Below are positions 33,709 to 46,719 of a stretch of 64,000 nucleotides of DNA, piece after piece. A program made the translations under genes and the position numbers. The stretch is from the human T2T-CHM13v2.0 reference genome, Homo sapiens. The stretch is taken from assembly GCF_009914755.1 (NCBI RefSeq), contig NC_060927.1; one strand, given 5' to 3'. The first letter of the stretch is position 1; each line of letters begins with the position of its first letter. A model generated the notes under the pieces. That model ran no database searches and was not told the DNA's origin. It saw nothing but the letters and a program-made list of their open reading frames with translations.

Positions 33709-34309
33709 TTTAGGAAAAAAAAACTGAGAATTGTTGCCCTCAAAAATTGGAAAAAAATTATTGAAGCACAATCCTATATATCCCTCCAAAATAACTGTCA
33801 GATTGAGTCGAGATGTAAACATAAAAATAAAATTATAAATGAGTTTGAAAAAAAAGCTAAAAATAAATGAACATATCATTATTGCATAGTTTTTTTTAAA
33901 ATAAGAAGAAAGAAATACAAAAGATATACTCTCTTTTGGGCAGGTAGATATTTTATAAAAATTTTTGGTAAAATAAAAGTGATTTAATAAATTAAGTGTT
34001 TTCTTAATTTATTACTTAAAAAACATATTTCTCAAAAGATTTTATGACACATTCAGTAGTATAATATTTAACATATGTGTAACAATTACTATGATTCAAA
34101 TAAAACATCACTTTTCTAAGGACTTCTGTATCATGCCCTTAAATAGACAGCTGCAAAAAGAGTTGATATCTTATGTGTCTTCATTAAAAAAAACATAATG
34201 TCAGAGAAAAGATGATTATTTAAGTTAAAAAATAGAATTAAGTGTTAACAGTACATATGATTTAAAGTAATTAAAATAATTTAAAATTATCAAAAATATT
34301 TGTATAGTA

Positions 34310-34600
34310 ATTAAGTTACTATATATACTATAGTATACTATATATACTAAATATATATATTTATATATACTATATATATACTAAATATACATACTTTGTG
34401 TATGTAAATGCAATTTTATTTTGTAACTGTATCATTCCATTGCTAATTATTATTTGAGCATATTTGTGAAGTTGGATAAAACAACTATTAATATATATAC
34501 TAAATATAATTTATATACTAAATATAATTTAATTATATTAAATTAAATTACTGTGATTTAATTAAAATATTTTATAGTAATTAAATTTTTTTATTTAAAT
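34310..34600. repeat. AT-rich low-complexity tract
   Basis: Repeated tatatactaaatata units; almost entirely A/T. Confidence 0.8.
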
Positions 34601-34805
34601 TTAAATACAAGTATAAAAATAAACTTTGAAAAAGAAAAAACAGCAATGGAAAAACTTAAGTAAATTCTACAAAAAAAATTGGTTACAATCAAAAGTCTGC
34701 TATTTTTGGACACATTATACATTAGTAATTCTTTATTCATTGCTTCATACAACTGATAATAAACTTTTATATTTAAAGCAAAGAGTTCTTTGATTATTGG
34801 CATAA

Positions 34806-35090
34806 TGTGATATGAGGCCTGAAATCAATTAGTACATGTCAATTAGTACATGTACCTTTCAACTGGAGATAACTAGGAGCTCCTTAAATGCAAGTTTCTC
34901 TTCACATCTTGCTCTTGCAGATAAGGTTCCCTAGCTAAAAATCCTCTTCATCACAGTGGTCAGACACAATACCTACTTATCTTTGAGTTGTGGGCTTCAC
35001 TTCCTTGATGGCTAGCAGAAATATTCAAACAATCCTATGACATCCTCTCCTGTGAGAATGAGAAGTCACCTCACCTCATTTTACTACAAA
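34806..35090 (+). mobile_element. MER54/MER73-like ERVL LTR fragment
   Basis: gcagataaggttccctagc...cctacttatc...aaatattcaaacaa...gtcacctcacc...tactacaaa. Confidence 0.55.
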
Positions 35091-36471
35091 AATTACATTT
35101 TACTACAAAAATGACATAATTTAATATGTTTTTCTTTAATGAAATATGATAAAATATTTAAAATATGTTTTTGCAATGGACAAGGTGCAATTTTAAGTGA
35201 ATAGCATTGTATTGCATATTAAATTCATTGAACAAGATTGTGAGCTCTGAAACTTCTTGGATAATGCAGCCACTTGCCTCTCTCCCACTGACATGACATT
35301 AGGCAGTGCAAATAAAAACGTGATATTTTTTATTCATGTTGCGTTATCTATACTATCTATTCGCCATCACCATTTGGGAGGAATTTCAGCATTCAGAATG
35401 TTATAGGATGTTTTAGGTTGCAAATTACTGAGGTGCTATGCTGCCAGCATTGCTTTTTACAGCCTCCCAGTAATGAAGCTAAACATACCTAAAATGCTGA
35501 ACAAAGGTTTTAAATGTTCTGTATTTGTAATTTTAATAGAAAATTTTAAAAGAATATATATTTTAAAATGTAGGTAGTATTTCTCTTCTCTAAATCAATG
35601 TAGACAAGGGAAAATTCTATAGGGCAACATGGAGTATAATATTAAGTTTATAATGTAAAATAACATGTATACTATGACTTAGCATTCATTATTTGAATCT
35701 AATCAGTCTTGAAATATATTAAATAGTAATAGTAAATTTTCAGAGAGTAGAAACTTGTATTCCATTATTTTAAGTGGTAAAATAATAACAAATCTCTAGT
35801 TCATTTAAGAGCTTAAATCAATTTCTCCCCAAAGCATTAAAACCATCTTAAATTTCTGTATAACTTACCACTAAGGATTTCCTCAAATTATATAGCATTC
35901 CTAGAATGAGTTGTTTAATTAATTAACTCTTAATTAGCGTGAGTGTTTACGTGTGCATGTATTATTTTATCAATACGATATTAATAATTGTTTTATCCAA
36001 CTTCACAAATATGCTCAAATAATAATTAGTAATGGAATGATACATTACAGTTACAAAATAAAATAGCATTTACATACATAAAACAAAAAGGAGATTAAAA
36101 ATGGCTTCTGTGATCAATTTGAGAATTGAGAAAATGAATAAGTTTTGGTGTTCAAGAGAGGAAGTAGAAAGCTATAGTAACTTGCTGTTAGGCAGTGATT
36201 TGAATTGAGAGAGCTTGTAAAGGTGGGAAGGAAAATGATACAAAAATATCTGTTGAAACAATAGATGTATGAGACAATATCTTGTTAGGAGAATGGATGG
36301 ACTGCAAGTGTAATGCAAGTCATTTTCCCTTCTATGAAGTTGTAATTATGTAAACATTTTCACTAGTGCATGCACAGGATTAGTTATAGCGGGTTTCTAT
36401 TTAGTGAATTTTGGACAAATATTTTGATCTGCTTTATTAAAACAGAAAAATAAGAGTTTATGAGAGGAAGA

Positions 36472-36529
36472 AATATATATATATATATATACACATCAAT
36501 TTATTTTTTGCTGTCTGTCTATATATTTA

Positions 36530-36570
<41 letters not shown>
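36472..36570. repeat. Two (AT)n microsatellites
   Basis: (AT)n at ~36473-36491 and 36539-36570. Confidence 0.9.
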
Positions 36571-36575
<5 letters not shown>

Positions 36576-37934
36576 TTAATGTATTGAATAAGAGATAGAA
36601 CAACTCCAAATTCCTTAGCTTTTCTATTGCCAAAGCCAAAAGCTTCTAACAAACTAAATCCATTATCTGGAGGCAGTGACTTGGGCAATGTCAGAGAGAT
36701 CATTCTTCAAAGCTAAAACATTGATTGATTGATAAAATCAAAGAATATGTATGAAAAGCACCTCAATATTTGTTAGTGAATATTCTCATGATTCCACATT
36801 TTTACTGTAATTCCTTTTTTTTTTTTTTTTTTTTTAGTGAGCCCCAGAGCAGTCCATTTGTCAGTCTGCCCAGGTACCATTTAATGCCTGATCTTGTGTA
36901 CTCTGATCTTACAAGTTAGAGTAATGTCCTGGCCATTCATGTTGCTCCTCTGTTAAAATATTGATTCAATATGGCCCTTCAGATGTCAAATAAATGTAGA
37001 ACAAAAAGTTTTAGATGTGTCTAACTTATGGATTACTAGATTTTGCTGGACTCTTCTGATACATCCTTAGTATTTTTCTTAGTATATTAGAATTTCCAAG
37101 CAGTCAATGGATTCTGACATGTGGCGGGTTGTGTCATACTTCTGTTCCAAGAACCCAAATCCTATCACATATTATATGACACAGATGGGTTAGTACTAGG
37201 CAACTGAAGGTATTGAACAATGTTGTCAAATTGAGGAAGAACTGTGTAGAGCAAAGAATGTTCTGAGGAAGGACCAAATAAATAGAAGATTTTTTGTGTG
37301 ACTTTAAAATATAGAGCAAAAAAACAAAAAAGAGTATTTTGGCAAAGTCCATTTCCCAGTGTTAACTTCTAAATAAATCTTAATTAATTCAAACATCTTT
37401 GCATGGTGCCTGTGAAATGTGGGGACTTTGGGCGCGTTATTTAAGTCTAGAATCAGGAATAAATTTAAATGATAATGAATAATATATCTGGAATAGGCAG
37501 GTTTAAAAAATAATAGTTTATTTGCAAGGGTGTATTCATTTTAATTTGTCCTTTTCTCATTGTACTAATTCTCTTGAAGTTTTATTTTATCATGAAAATC
37601 ATACAAGAGAGGAAATGCTTTGGACTAATATTTCTGCAAAGTAAATTGGAACTACTTCAGTTTGTTGTACAATTGTCAATTTAAAAAATATATGGACTTT
37701 TCCTGAAAACCAGGCAAAACAAACAAACAAACACACAAAAAAGACTATAGATGTTTTCTGCTGCTTTCTTTCCTGAGGAAGTAGCTAACTGCATCCTGTG
37801 TTCAATTTAGACTTTGGAGTCATCATTTTTCCAGTAGGCTACCTGGTTGGTTTTTCTATCCCCTGAGGTAAATTTAATGTTTATGGAGCATGTATAGTTA
37901 TCAGTGCTTTCTAGGTAAAATCACAAAACTTTAC

Positions 37935-38476
37935 CTTCCTTTCTCTCCTACTGCTGCAAAATTTTTAGAGTGTATCGCTTCCTTTGAGTTCCAAGTAATG
38001 ACTCAGTCAATGCTTGCAGTTTGTTCCTTTGGGCTATTGATTGGTGTTTCCAGATTATTAACTTTCTCTGCTAATTTGTCCAATTTAGATTTCAAACCTT
38101 TATGCCCTCTTTGCATACTATCTGTCTTTTTGCCAATTTCCATTAGTAGGGCATGAGTGCAAAGCTACTAATGACAGTTCCATTGGTTCATTTGATTGTT
38201 GTACTACCCACAGAATGCTGCAGGTATTGACTGGAAAACAGTAACTCAGTGTACTGTTCATATTGACAATTTTCCTGGCTCACTTGATCCAATTCTAACC
38301 ATTCTAAAGCTTTCTCAGTCAAAGCACATAAATCACGTATCTTTCCTGCAGATCAACCATCTTGCATCTTGATGACCGAATATCTGGATCTAGTCTGTCT
38401 ATATTTCATTTCATTGTATGATGCCGGATTTACTTCGTTTGAAGTAAAGAACATTATAATGAGTTTTTGAAGATTT
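37935..38476 (-). pseudogene. Candidate decayed coding exon with coiled-coil-like peptide
   Basis: Possible acceptor ttaacttgatccacccag| at 38477, ATG at 38454 (A at -3), donor AAG|gtaaag at 37934. Long frames broken by isolated TGA codons and frameshifts, including ...HALLMEIGKKTDSMQRGHKGLKSKLDKLAEKVNNLETPINSPKEQ. Confidence 0.4.
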
Positions 38477-40629
38477 CTGGGTGGATCAAGTTAATTGATT
38501 GTTCAGTTTTTAATGCCAGACTTCAACGTAGTGACAGATATATTTTAAGACATTGGTAGAAAAGGTATAATTTAGAATCAAAATTACTGTATTAATAAAT
38601 AAATTAATTGAAATAGGAATAACTTTGAGCTATGAAACTTTTGCATTGAGAACTATGCTCTTATATCACAATTATGACTGTTTATGCTTTTTTATATGAC
38701 AGTTTATACTTTTTTATATACTTTTTAAAATATAGTTTCGTTTATAATTCTTTTCATGTGCATTTTTTGTTTATTCAACAGTATTTAAGTTACTTATGCT
38801 ATGAATAACTGTCCAACAGGCATCAAACATGTGAATCAAAGTAAAAAGCTTCACTTAAGAAATTATTATTTTATGTCACTAAAGGCCATCGTAGGGAATG
38901 ATACCTGTAATTAGTTGATCATACTGCTTTTATCATAATAAAGCACACATTTCTGAAGATAAAAAACTCAAACCACATCACTATGCATAAATGAAATTCA
39001 ATAGAAATGAAATATGTGTCTTTATCATGTTAAACCTAAAACATTATGAAAATGTTTGAATTTTCTTAAATTACTACTTAGAGTTATATTGTTCTGAGTT
39101 ACCATTTAGGGCTGTTTTTTCATTCTGAACAGGACACTTAGACTAGATTAGAACTTAGTAACAGAATGTTAGTCATTAAGACTTAATAGCATCATTTTTA
39201 CTCTGCCATGTTCTTGCATTGCTATTCTAAAATATTCATATATTTTGTACAAGTTGTCAGCAGGTGGGGGTCTCAAGTATTAGGCTAAAGAACCTCACAG
39301 AAAATCAATGCAAATTAAAGCTATTTCCTTGGAATCAAAATTAACTTTTTTGAACTTTGCAGACAGAACTTTGTTTTTATAAAGTAAAACAGTTCGAATA
39401 TTAGAAAAAAAGGAAAAAATTAAATTTATCCATGTTTTTCTATAATAAAGCATAACCATTATGTTTTTGTATGAAGTCGATCAATCAAATAACACACTTG
39501 CTTCTATCTTTGTTAACTCTTTTGAAATGATATTATCTTAAGAAAAATAAGAAGACAAAAGGCCTAAAAATGCTAGACATCTAAATGTTTATGTGTCTAA
39601 ACAGCGCTAGGATTTAGACTAGTTTCAAAACTTTTCCATGTACCAAATCCCAAGACTAGGACATAGTCACTGAAGTGTTTGAGCACTAACATTAAAAACT
39701 GGATGAATACTTCTTATATCCATGAGTTTAGTTACATGATTTCCTAAGTATAGAAAAGAAATATACTTTAACAAAAAAATTCAGCACATAATTGCTTCTC
39801 AAAATTAAAATTTATTGATTGGTATATATAAAATCCCAAGTAAGAATCAATATTATCATAATATAAAAAGCTACGATTTAAATCTCAAGACAGACTATAT
39901 ATAGATATATCAACTTATATAAGTATTACAATAATAAATATTCCCATACTAACAAAACTAGAATAATAAATTTTAAAAACCAATAAAAGTAAAGTTCTAG
40001 TACCATATGTACTTGGAAATGCCATTCCAAAATACTCTAGTATTAAATTAAAGTAGTTAGAAATAATTTTCCGCCAACATGAAAATATGTCAAGACTCAA
40101 GATATCATCAAATAAGACACGAGGTCTGGAGCAAAAGACATTTTTATAATAGCAGATGATCAGTTATTATTATAACTTACACTAAATACACTAAATGCTC
40201 AATTTTCTTCTCTTCCTTCCCCTCCCCTCCTCCTCTACTGTTTTATGTAAAGAGGATACCCAATAGTTAAAATCAATTTGTATAGCTTCGATAAAAGGCA
40301 ATAAGCTAATTTAAGTAAAAACTTGGGTTTAGAGAACTAATGCAGTTTTTAAAAAATATTAGAATATTTAAAAATTGACGAATCAATCATATCCACCAAA
40401 GACATTACAGGGTATCTGATTTACTGATCTTAGATGTTTGGGGGGAAAAGCTGAATTGTCTTTTTAGACGACTTCAAATGAACACTGGTTACAAATAATC
40501 TTTTATGAATATTTAGAAAGTTTGCAAGTTTATAAGATAATTCAATTCTTCAGTGACTGACACTGTAATAAAAATATTTGTATATCTATCTATGACATAG
40601 GGGATATAAATAGCTGCTCTTAAAAGCAT

Positions 40630-40678
40630 CAGCATTGACTCAAGGCAGCATTGACTCAAGGCAGCATTGACTCAAGGC
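40630..40678. repeat. Perfect 3x 16-bp tandem repeat, each unit carrying an AP-1 site
   Basis: (CAGCATTGACTCAAGG)x3 with TGACTCA at 40636, 40652 and 40668. Confidence 0.95.
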
Positions 40679-42099
40679 TGACAACTTTGTTCTCTGCCTC
40701 CTCATGAGTCAAATGGAGACAATCACACCTCTGCCTGCTTTTTCACAGGAAGAGAGGTGTCCTCACACTCTTGTCAAGTATGCACCAGCAGGATGGGATG
40801 TAAATCAAACTTATGGAAAATATATTTTTGTTTAAGATTCTGCTAAGCTCCTGCTTCTACATTATTCTAACTTCTATAGCTAAGAGCCATTTGCTTCCCT
40901 TTTCTAATACTAATGAAACACTAATCCTATCTCAGAACTAAGAGAATGCAGGAGTCTCTAGTATAAAACTCAGCAATTTAGAATTGTCAGTTCTATATTC
41001 AGTAATATTCTGACCTTTTCGCTCCAGTTTAATTGAGTTCCTACTACTACTCTTCTAGTTGTGAGAAACTAGCATCACTGCCTCTGAAAACTGTCAGAGA
41101 CAAGTCCTCTGCTGGTTTTAGATATGGTAACTTAAATAAAAATCAGTGAGTATTGAAGCAAGTAGTATATTTCAAGAGGATGAAGTTAATAGGAATGAAA
41201 TGCCAGGAAGGCTTATACAATGTTATGTCTGGAAAGCAAAAAAATTTACTGTAAGTTTGGAACTACAGGATGAACTATAAACAAGGTTGTAAGAGAGAAC
41301 TGAGTAGTAAAAACATGTCTAAAGACTAGAATCAAGTCTGTGTTAGTGTACAAAATCAGAATCTGATTAAGTATAGATGTCAGTAGATCCTGATGCTCCA
41401 GCAACGGGAATGATCAAGATGTTCTTTTGGCCTAGATAATGCAAACTTTGCCAGTTGTCCTACATTTTGAAGAATTAGGAACATTGGATGGGGGTTATTT
41501 CCAAGCCACAAATCATCTTAATCTATCAAAGAATATAGTAGTCAATCAAGTAAGTATCTGCATTCTTATTCTTTCAAATCTTAAAATATGGCCGCGAAAG
41601 GCAGCAGAGATATTAAAAAATGAAGGTGGGGAAGCAAAAGGAAGTTTTGAGTTTTGACATAGGGAACTTTTTTCCTACTTGACTCTAGTGTCTAAAACAA
41701 AGCAATAGCTCAATATTTCATAAAGATTCGTTGGTGGAACAATTGATCAAACTGGATGACAACAGAACAGAAAACCAGGAGACCCCAAAAGTGATATAAA
41801 AATAAACCATTCTGAATTGGGAGTAAAGTGAGCTTTCCCTTTGAAACAATGAATGTATAGCTATCCAAGTTTATTTGCTTGTCAAGTCACAAACTAGAAA
41901 ATGTGCTCATGGGGAAATTGGTATGTGGGTATGGGAGTTTCATTTACACACACACACGCGTAAGAAAGGAGACAATAGAAGTGTACATCAAAAAACTGAG
42001 TTCTAGAACTCAGAACAGATCAGGAGATGGGAAAATATATATGCAGAAGATAGCCAGAAAATGCAGAGCAATGTCTACAAGGTCCTATAGCAGGTATTT

Positions 42100-43250
42100 T
42101 AAAAGAGTTTCGTTTTGGTAAGAACACATGAGATCTACCTTCTTAATCAATTTGAAAGCGTACAGTACTGTTAACTATGAGCAGAACGTTGAACAACAGA
42201 ACTCTAGAAGTGACTAGCTTCCGTAACTGAAACTTTATACAGGTTAAAGAGCAACTCCCTGTCTTCCCCACCCTCCAGCCCCTGAAAACCAATATTCCAG
42301 TTTCCTCTTCTAAGAGTTTGACTATTTAGATACTGCACATAAGTGTAATTATGCAGTATTTGTTCTTCTGTGACTTTTTTCATTTAGCATAATGTAATCA
42401 AGTTTCATCTATGTTGTCACATATCTCAGGATCTTCCTCTTCATTTTAGCAGCAAAATAGTCCATGGTATGTATATATCACACATTTTTAAAATTACTTC
42501 ATTCTTCTATGGACATTTAGGTTGCCCCTACATCTTGTCTTTTGTGAATAATATTACAGTAAATACGGTAGTGCAAACACCTCTTTGAGATTATAATTTC
42601 AGTTCTTTTGGGTAAATACTGAGAAGTTTGATTGCTGGAGCCTATGGTAGTTCTATTTTTAATTTTTTGAGGAATCCCCATATTGCTTTTTACATTATGC
42701 ATCTTTTTACATTTCCACCATATAAGAATTCTCTTTTCTCCACATCCTTGCCAACACTTACTATGGTTTCCTTTGTTTAATAATGGTCATACTAACAGAT
42801 ATGAGGTTATGTCTCATTGTGGTTTTAATTTGCACTACCCTCATGATTAGTGATGTTGAACATCTTTAATATACTTGTTAGACGTTCGTATTTATTCTTT
42901 GAAAAAATGTCTGTTCAAGTCCTTTGCCAATATTTTGAAATGGGGACATTTGTTTTGTTTTGCTTTGTTTTGCAATTGATTTGTAAGAGATTCTTTGGAT
43001 ATTAACTCCTTCTCAGAGATACGGTTTGCACACATTTTTCTCCCATTCTGTAGGTTGCCTTTTCACTCTGTTGACTGTTTTTTGTTTGTTTGTTTGTTTT
43101 TTTTGTTTTTTTTTGTTTTTTTTTTTTTTTGCAGTGCAAAAGCTTTTCAGTTTGACAGAGTACCACTTGCCTATTTCTGCTTCTGTTTCCTGTGGTTTCG
43201 GTATCATATCCAAGAAAGCATTGCCAAAACCAATGCCATGAAGCTTTTTG
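42100..43250 (-). mobile_element. L1MA (L1MA8/9-like) 3' fragment
   Basis: ggtaagaacac...agatctacc...taactgaaactttatac. ORF2 remnant KLKSFCTAK...VNRVKRQPTEWEK. Confidence 0.85.
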
Positions 43251-43809
43251 CTTATTTTAATGTAGCAGAAAATCTAGTTTTCTGTAGTACTAAAAAAAAT
43301 GGAAACAGTATTTCGAGTGTTCACCTTTCACAAATGGGCCTACTGGAAACTAGGGATAGAGAAAATCTCTAGAAGATGAAATTAATAAAATATATTCTTC
43401 TGGGGTATTATGGAACTCAAGAACGTCTCTGAACAGTCAAGCTTAAAATAACTATTTTCTTAAAGACACACCAAGTAGACAGTTAAGATGTATTTCCCTT
43501 CTTCAATACTGATTTTGTGACTTTATAGCAAATCCAAATTTCATATTTGATGTATACACGAGGTGTTCCTTCCTGGAAGAGGGTCTACAGAATAGCTGTA
43601 AAACATCTATCTTTTTATTCTATCAATCACCAAGAGACAAATTATAAAGAAACAAAATAAGAGTTATGTCCTTGATCATATGGTTTAATATGCATGCAGG
43701 GCACTTTAAATTTCGTTCTGAAATTAAATTTGAACTTTTTTTTATTAGTGGATTCTCAACACTGCCTCAATTACACCCATGATCCAGCTTCATTGGGTTG
43801 TATTCCTTG

Positions 43810-44170
43810 GATTTTTCATATGCTTTGACAGCTCTGTATCATCTTCCTGGAATGCTTAATCTATCTCCCCTCCCTTCTTTTTTTATTCTTCACCTGGAAA
43901 ACCTGTAGATTTCAATAACTACTTGGAATTACATTTCTTGACTTGCTTATTTAGGACACATTGTTCACTTGGATTCCACATAAACTTGTGAATATTTATT
44001 TGCAGCACTTAAAAATATGCTATAGTTATCTATTTCTTTAACTAGACTGCAAGCTATTTGAAGGTAGGGACCACGCATTATTTCTTAATTTTTGTATCAC
44101 GAGTAACTTGCTCAATATTTGACACAAAGAAAATGAATATTAAGTACTTAAATATTTGTATTACTTGTTT
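43810..44170 (+). mobile_element. L2 3' fragment
   Basis: cttcctggaatgc...actagactgcaagctatttgaaggtagggacc. Confidence 0.5.
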
Positions 44171-44366
44171 GGCATGGAATTTATATTTTCCATATTGAGA
44201 TAATATGTGTTACAAATAACAATTTTAAAATTAGTTTTGTCCCTTTTAGAAATGGTCCTTGTGATTAAAAAAAGATTAACATAATTAATTTTCCTCTCAT
44301 TCCTTTATTTACAGGTTATCTGTCACCTTTCTTTTGTAGGGAGCTTGTTTTGCTAACTTTTTGCAG

Positions 44367-44453
44367 ATAGCTGAAGAGTATCTTTTGAATACAATAATTC
44401 GTACCTGAGAAAAAATCAGGAATTTAAGTGCAAGATTAGAAGTATTGCAAAAG
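44367..44453 (+). other. Candidate 87-nt plus-strand exon
   Basis: tgctaactttttgcag|ATAGCT...CAAAAG|gtaatg. Two further AG acceptors at 44314 and 44339. Confidence 0.3.
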
Positions 44454-44679
44454 GTAATGTTGGCTGGATACAAAAAGAGGAGACACCTCTAAGCGATATT
44501 AGCAAAGAATTGACAGTTCAAGGAAAATTATGGAAAAAAGGGTCAAAAAGATAGCTGGATCAACAAGTAATTCTGTAAATTAAACTCTGTATATTTAGAA
44601 AATGAAGGTGTGATAATAATACACTGAAATCCCAAAATATTTTTTCTCTTCGATTTTGTTTAGATTAATATATATTAAC

Positions 44680-44790
44680 TCTATTCAATCATCAATATGC
44701 ACTAAGCACCTATTGCAGGCAAGGCACTTTTGTGGGCACTAGGGATCAGGCAGTGAACAAAAATTTTGGTTCTTAGTAAACTTACCCTGT
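44680..44790 (-). mobile_element. L2 3' end fragment
   Basis: attcaatcatc...actaagcacctattg...aggcact...gggcactagggat...cagtgaacaa. Confidence 0.55.
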
Positions 44791-44985
44791 GATACAACTT
44801 AATAGTACTTATAAGTAGATCTAAATTTTAGGCAATTTATATTCTTAACAAATTTTACTTATTCTTAACAAAGAATAATTTTATTGTGACTTATCTAACA
44901 GAATATATGAGTGTACAAATTCAACAAAAATAATATCAATGAACAGTCATATACACACACTTGGCTTAAAAGTAAACATTACCAA

Positions 44986-45738
44986 TGAAATGGGAGAGTT
45001 CCCTGACCCCCTTGCAGGATTTATGACAGGGGTGTGGCTCGTTTGCTCTGTCGTTGCACACTCAGACCCCTTACAGGAAGGTGAGCATGCAGACCAGCAG
45101 GTGCAGGAGCTGGAGTGAGTGCTTTTGGGCTCTGGTCCCATGGTAGCATATAGGAGTCTGTTACAATTAATACTCTTATAGCAGTTGCTATCTGTGGATG
45201 ACCAAGTGTTAGACCAGCTCAGGGGAAAGTCACAGTGACAGCCTTTTACACTCTGTCCTCTTGGTACCTGGGTCCTTGTCCAGCATCCAGGAAGAATAAG
45301 ATAACATGAACTTGAAGGATTGTGAATGTGGGGATTTTACTGAGTGATGAAGGTGGTTCTCAGCTGTTTGGATGGAGAGCTAGAAAGAGGATGGAGTAGG
45401 AAGATTATCTTCCCCTGGAGTTCGGTTGCCCCATGGCTGATCTCGTCACTGACTCTCCCCAGCTGAAGTCCTCTCTATGTTCAGATGATCCTTCTTTTCT
45501 CTCTTTCTCTGCTGCGCGACTCTGCTGCTCTGCTGCTCCTCTGCTGGTGCAGTCTGGGGTTTGGAGTTTAGATGGGGTACAGGGTAGGTGGATGTGGCAT
45601 GTCAAAAGGCAACATTTGGTCATGAAAACAGGAATGTCTGTTTCCATTTAGGACTGTGGGTTTTCAGGCTTGAGGGTGTTGCATTTGCCAGGGAACCACT
45701 TCTTCTACCCAGTATTTCTCTGCTTCCTGTCCATATCA
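44986..45738 (-). mobile_element. LTR27/LTR28/MER52-group ERV1 solo LTR
   Basis: tgaaatgggagagttccctgacccc...cttctacccagtatttc...tgtccatatca. 4-bp flanks CCAA/CCAT. Confidence 0.8.
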
Positions 45739-45816
45739 CCATCTTTGAAACTTTTGTATTCTCTTGCTTAAAGGGAATTGAGCAACACAGTTACAAACCT
45801 TCTTGCTCTCTCTCTC

Positions 45817-46108
45817 TTTTTGTTTCTTTGGAGATGGAGTCTTGCTCTGTCACCAGGTTGGAGTGCAGAGGTGCAATCTCGGCTCACTGCAACCTCTGCT
45901 TCTGGGGTTTGAGCAATTCTCTTGCCTCAGCCTCCTGAGTAGCTGGGACTACAGGCGCCCGCCATCACGCCCAGCTAATTTTTGTATTTTAGTAGAGACA
46001 GGGTTCCACCCTGTTGGCCAGGATGATCTTGATCTCTTGACCTCGTGATCCACCCACCTCGATCTCCCAAAGTGCTGGAACTACAGGCGTGAGCCACCAT
46101 GCCCGGCC
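45817..46108 (-). mobile_element. AluSc-like
   Basis: Full reverse Alu with gatctcttgacctcgtgatcc. Confidence 0.92.
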
Positions 46109-46488
46109 AAATCCTCTCATTTTTATTAAGAAGAAGAGGCTATGATCCCGGGCTTTGAGAAGAGTGACATAGAATTCACAGTTATGCCACATAATTCATT
46201 TGCTTGTGATTCTGCTTTCTTTCTTACTGTTATGGGGGCTACATTCAGCTCATAGAGGTTGCCAGCAGTTCCATGCCAGGTGGCTCTCTTCATAGGCATA
46301 GTCATGTCATGAGACCTCAGTACAGTAACTCTGCAAACTGATAAATTATGGTACACAATAGTCAAAGCCAATTGCAGAAAACATTGAGACTGTGTATTTA
46401 TGGCCTGATCAAACTAGAAATGGTAATTTCATTCTAGTATCAATTGAAAATTCAACGTTTACAATTTTTGTCTATAAATAGGTAAGAA

Positions 46489-46719
46489 TTTTTATTTTGA
46501 TTTTTTTCTGAGACAGTCTTACTCTGTCTGCAGTAGCTGCAGGATCATGGCTCACGGCAGGCTAAAGCCAGGCCAATCTATCCTCCCATGTCATCCTCCT
46601 GAGTAGGTGGGAATTTTGTATTTTTTCTAGAGACAGGTTTTCACCATGTTGCCTATGTTGGTCTCAAGCAATCTGCCTGCCTCGGCCTCCCAAAGTTCTG
46701 GGAGCCACCATGCCCAGCC
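46489..46719 (-). mobile_element. AluJ-like with several internal deletions
   Basis: gagacagtcttactctgtc...gatcatggctcac...ggtctcaagcaatctgcc...gagccaccatgcccagcc. Confidence 0.8.

Noticed and set aside
36815-36880. Orphan T21 run followed by AG and a 36-nt exon-like stretch
   Set aside because: No TSD or retrocopy body found, and the donor (CAG|gtacca) is weak.
40630-40678. Short direct repeats as a CRISPR-like array (also 51139-51249)
   Set aside because: The repeats are head-to-tail with no unique spacers and there are no cas genes; the context is eukaryotic.
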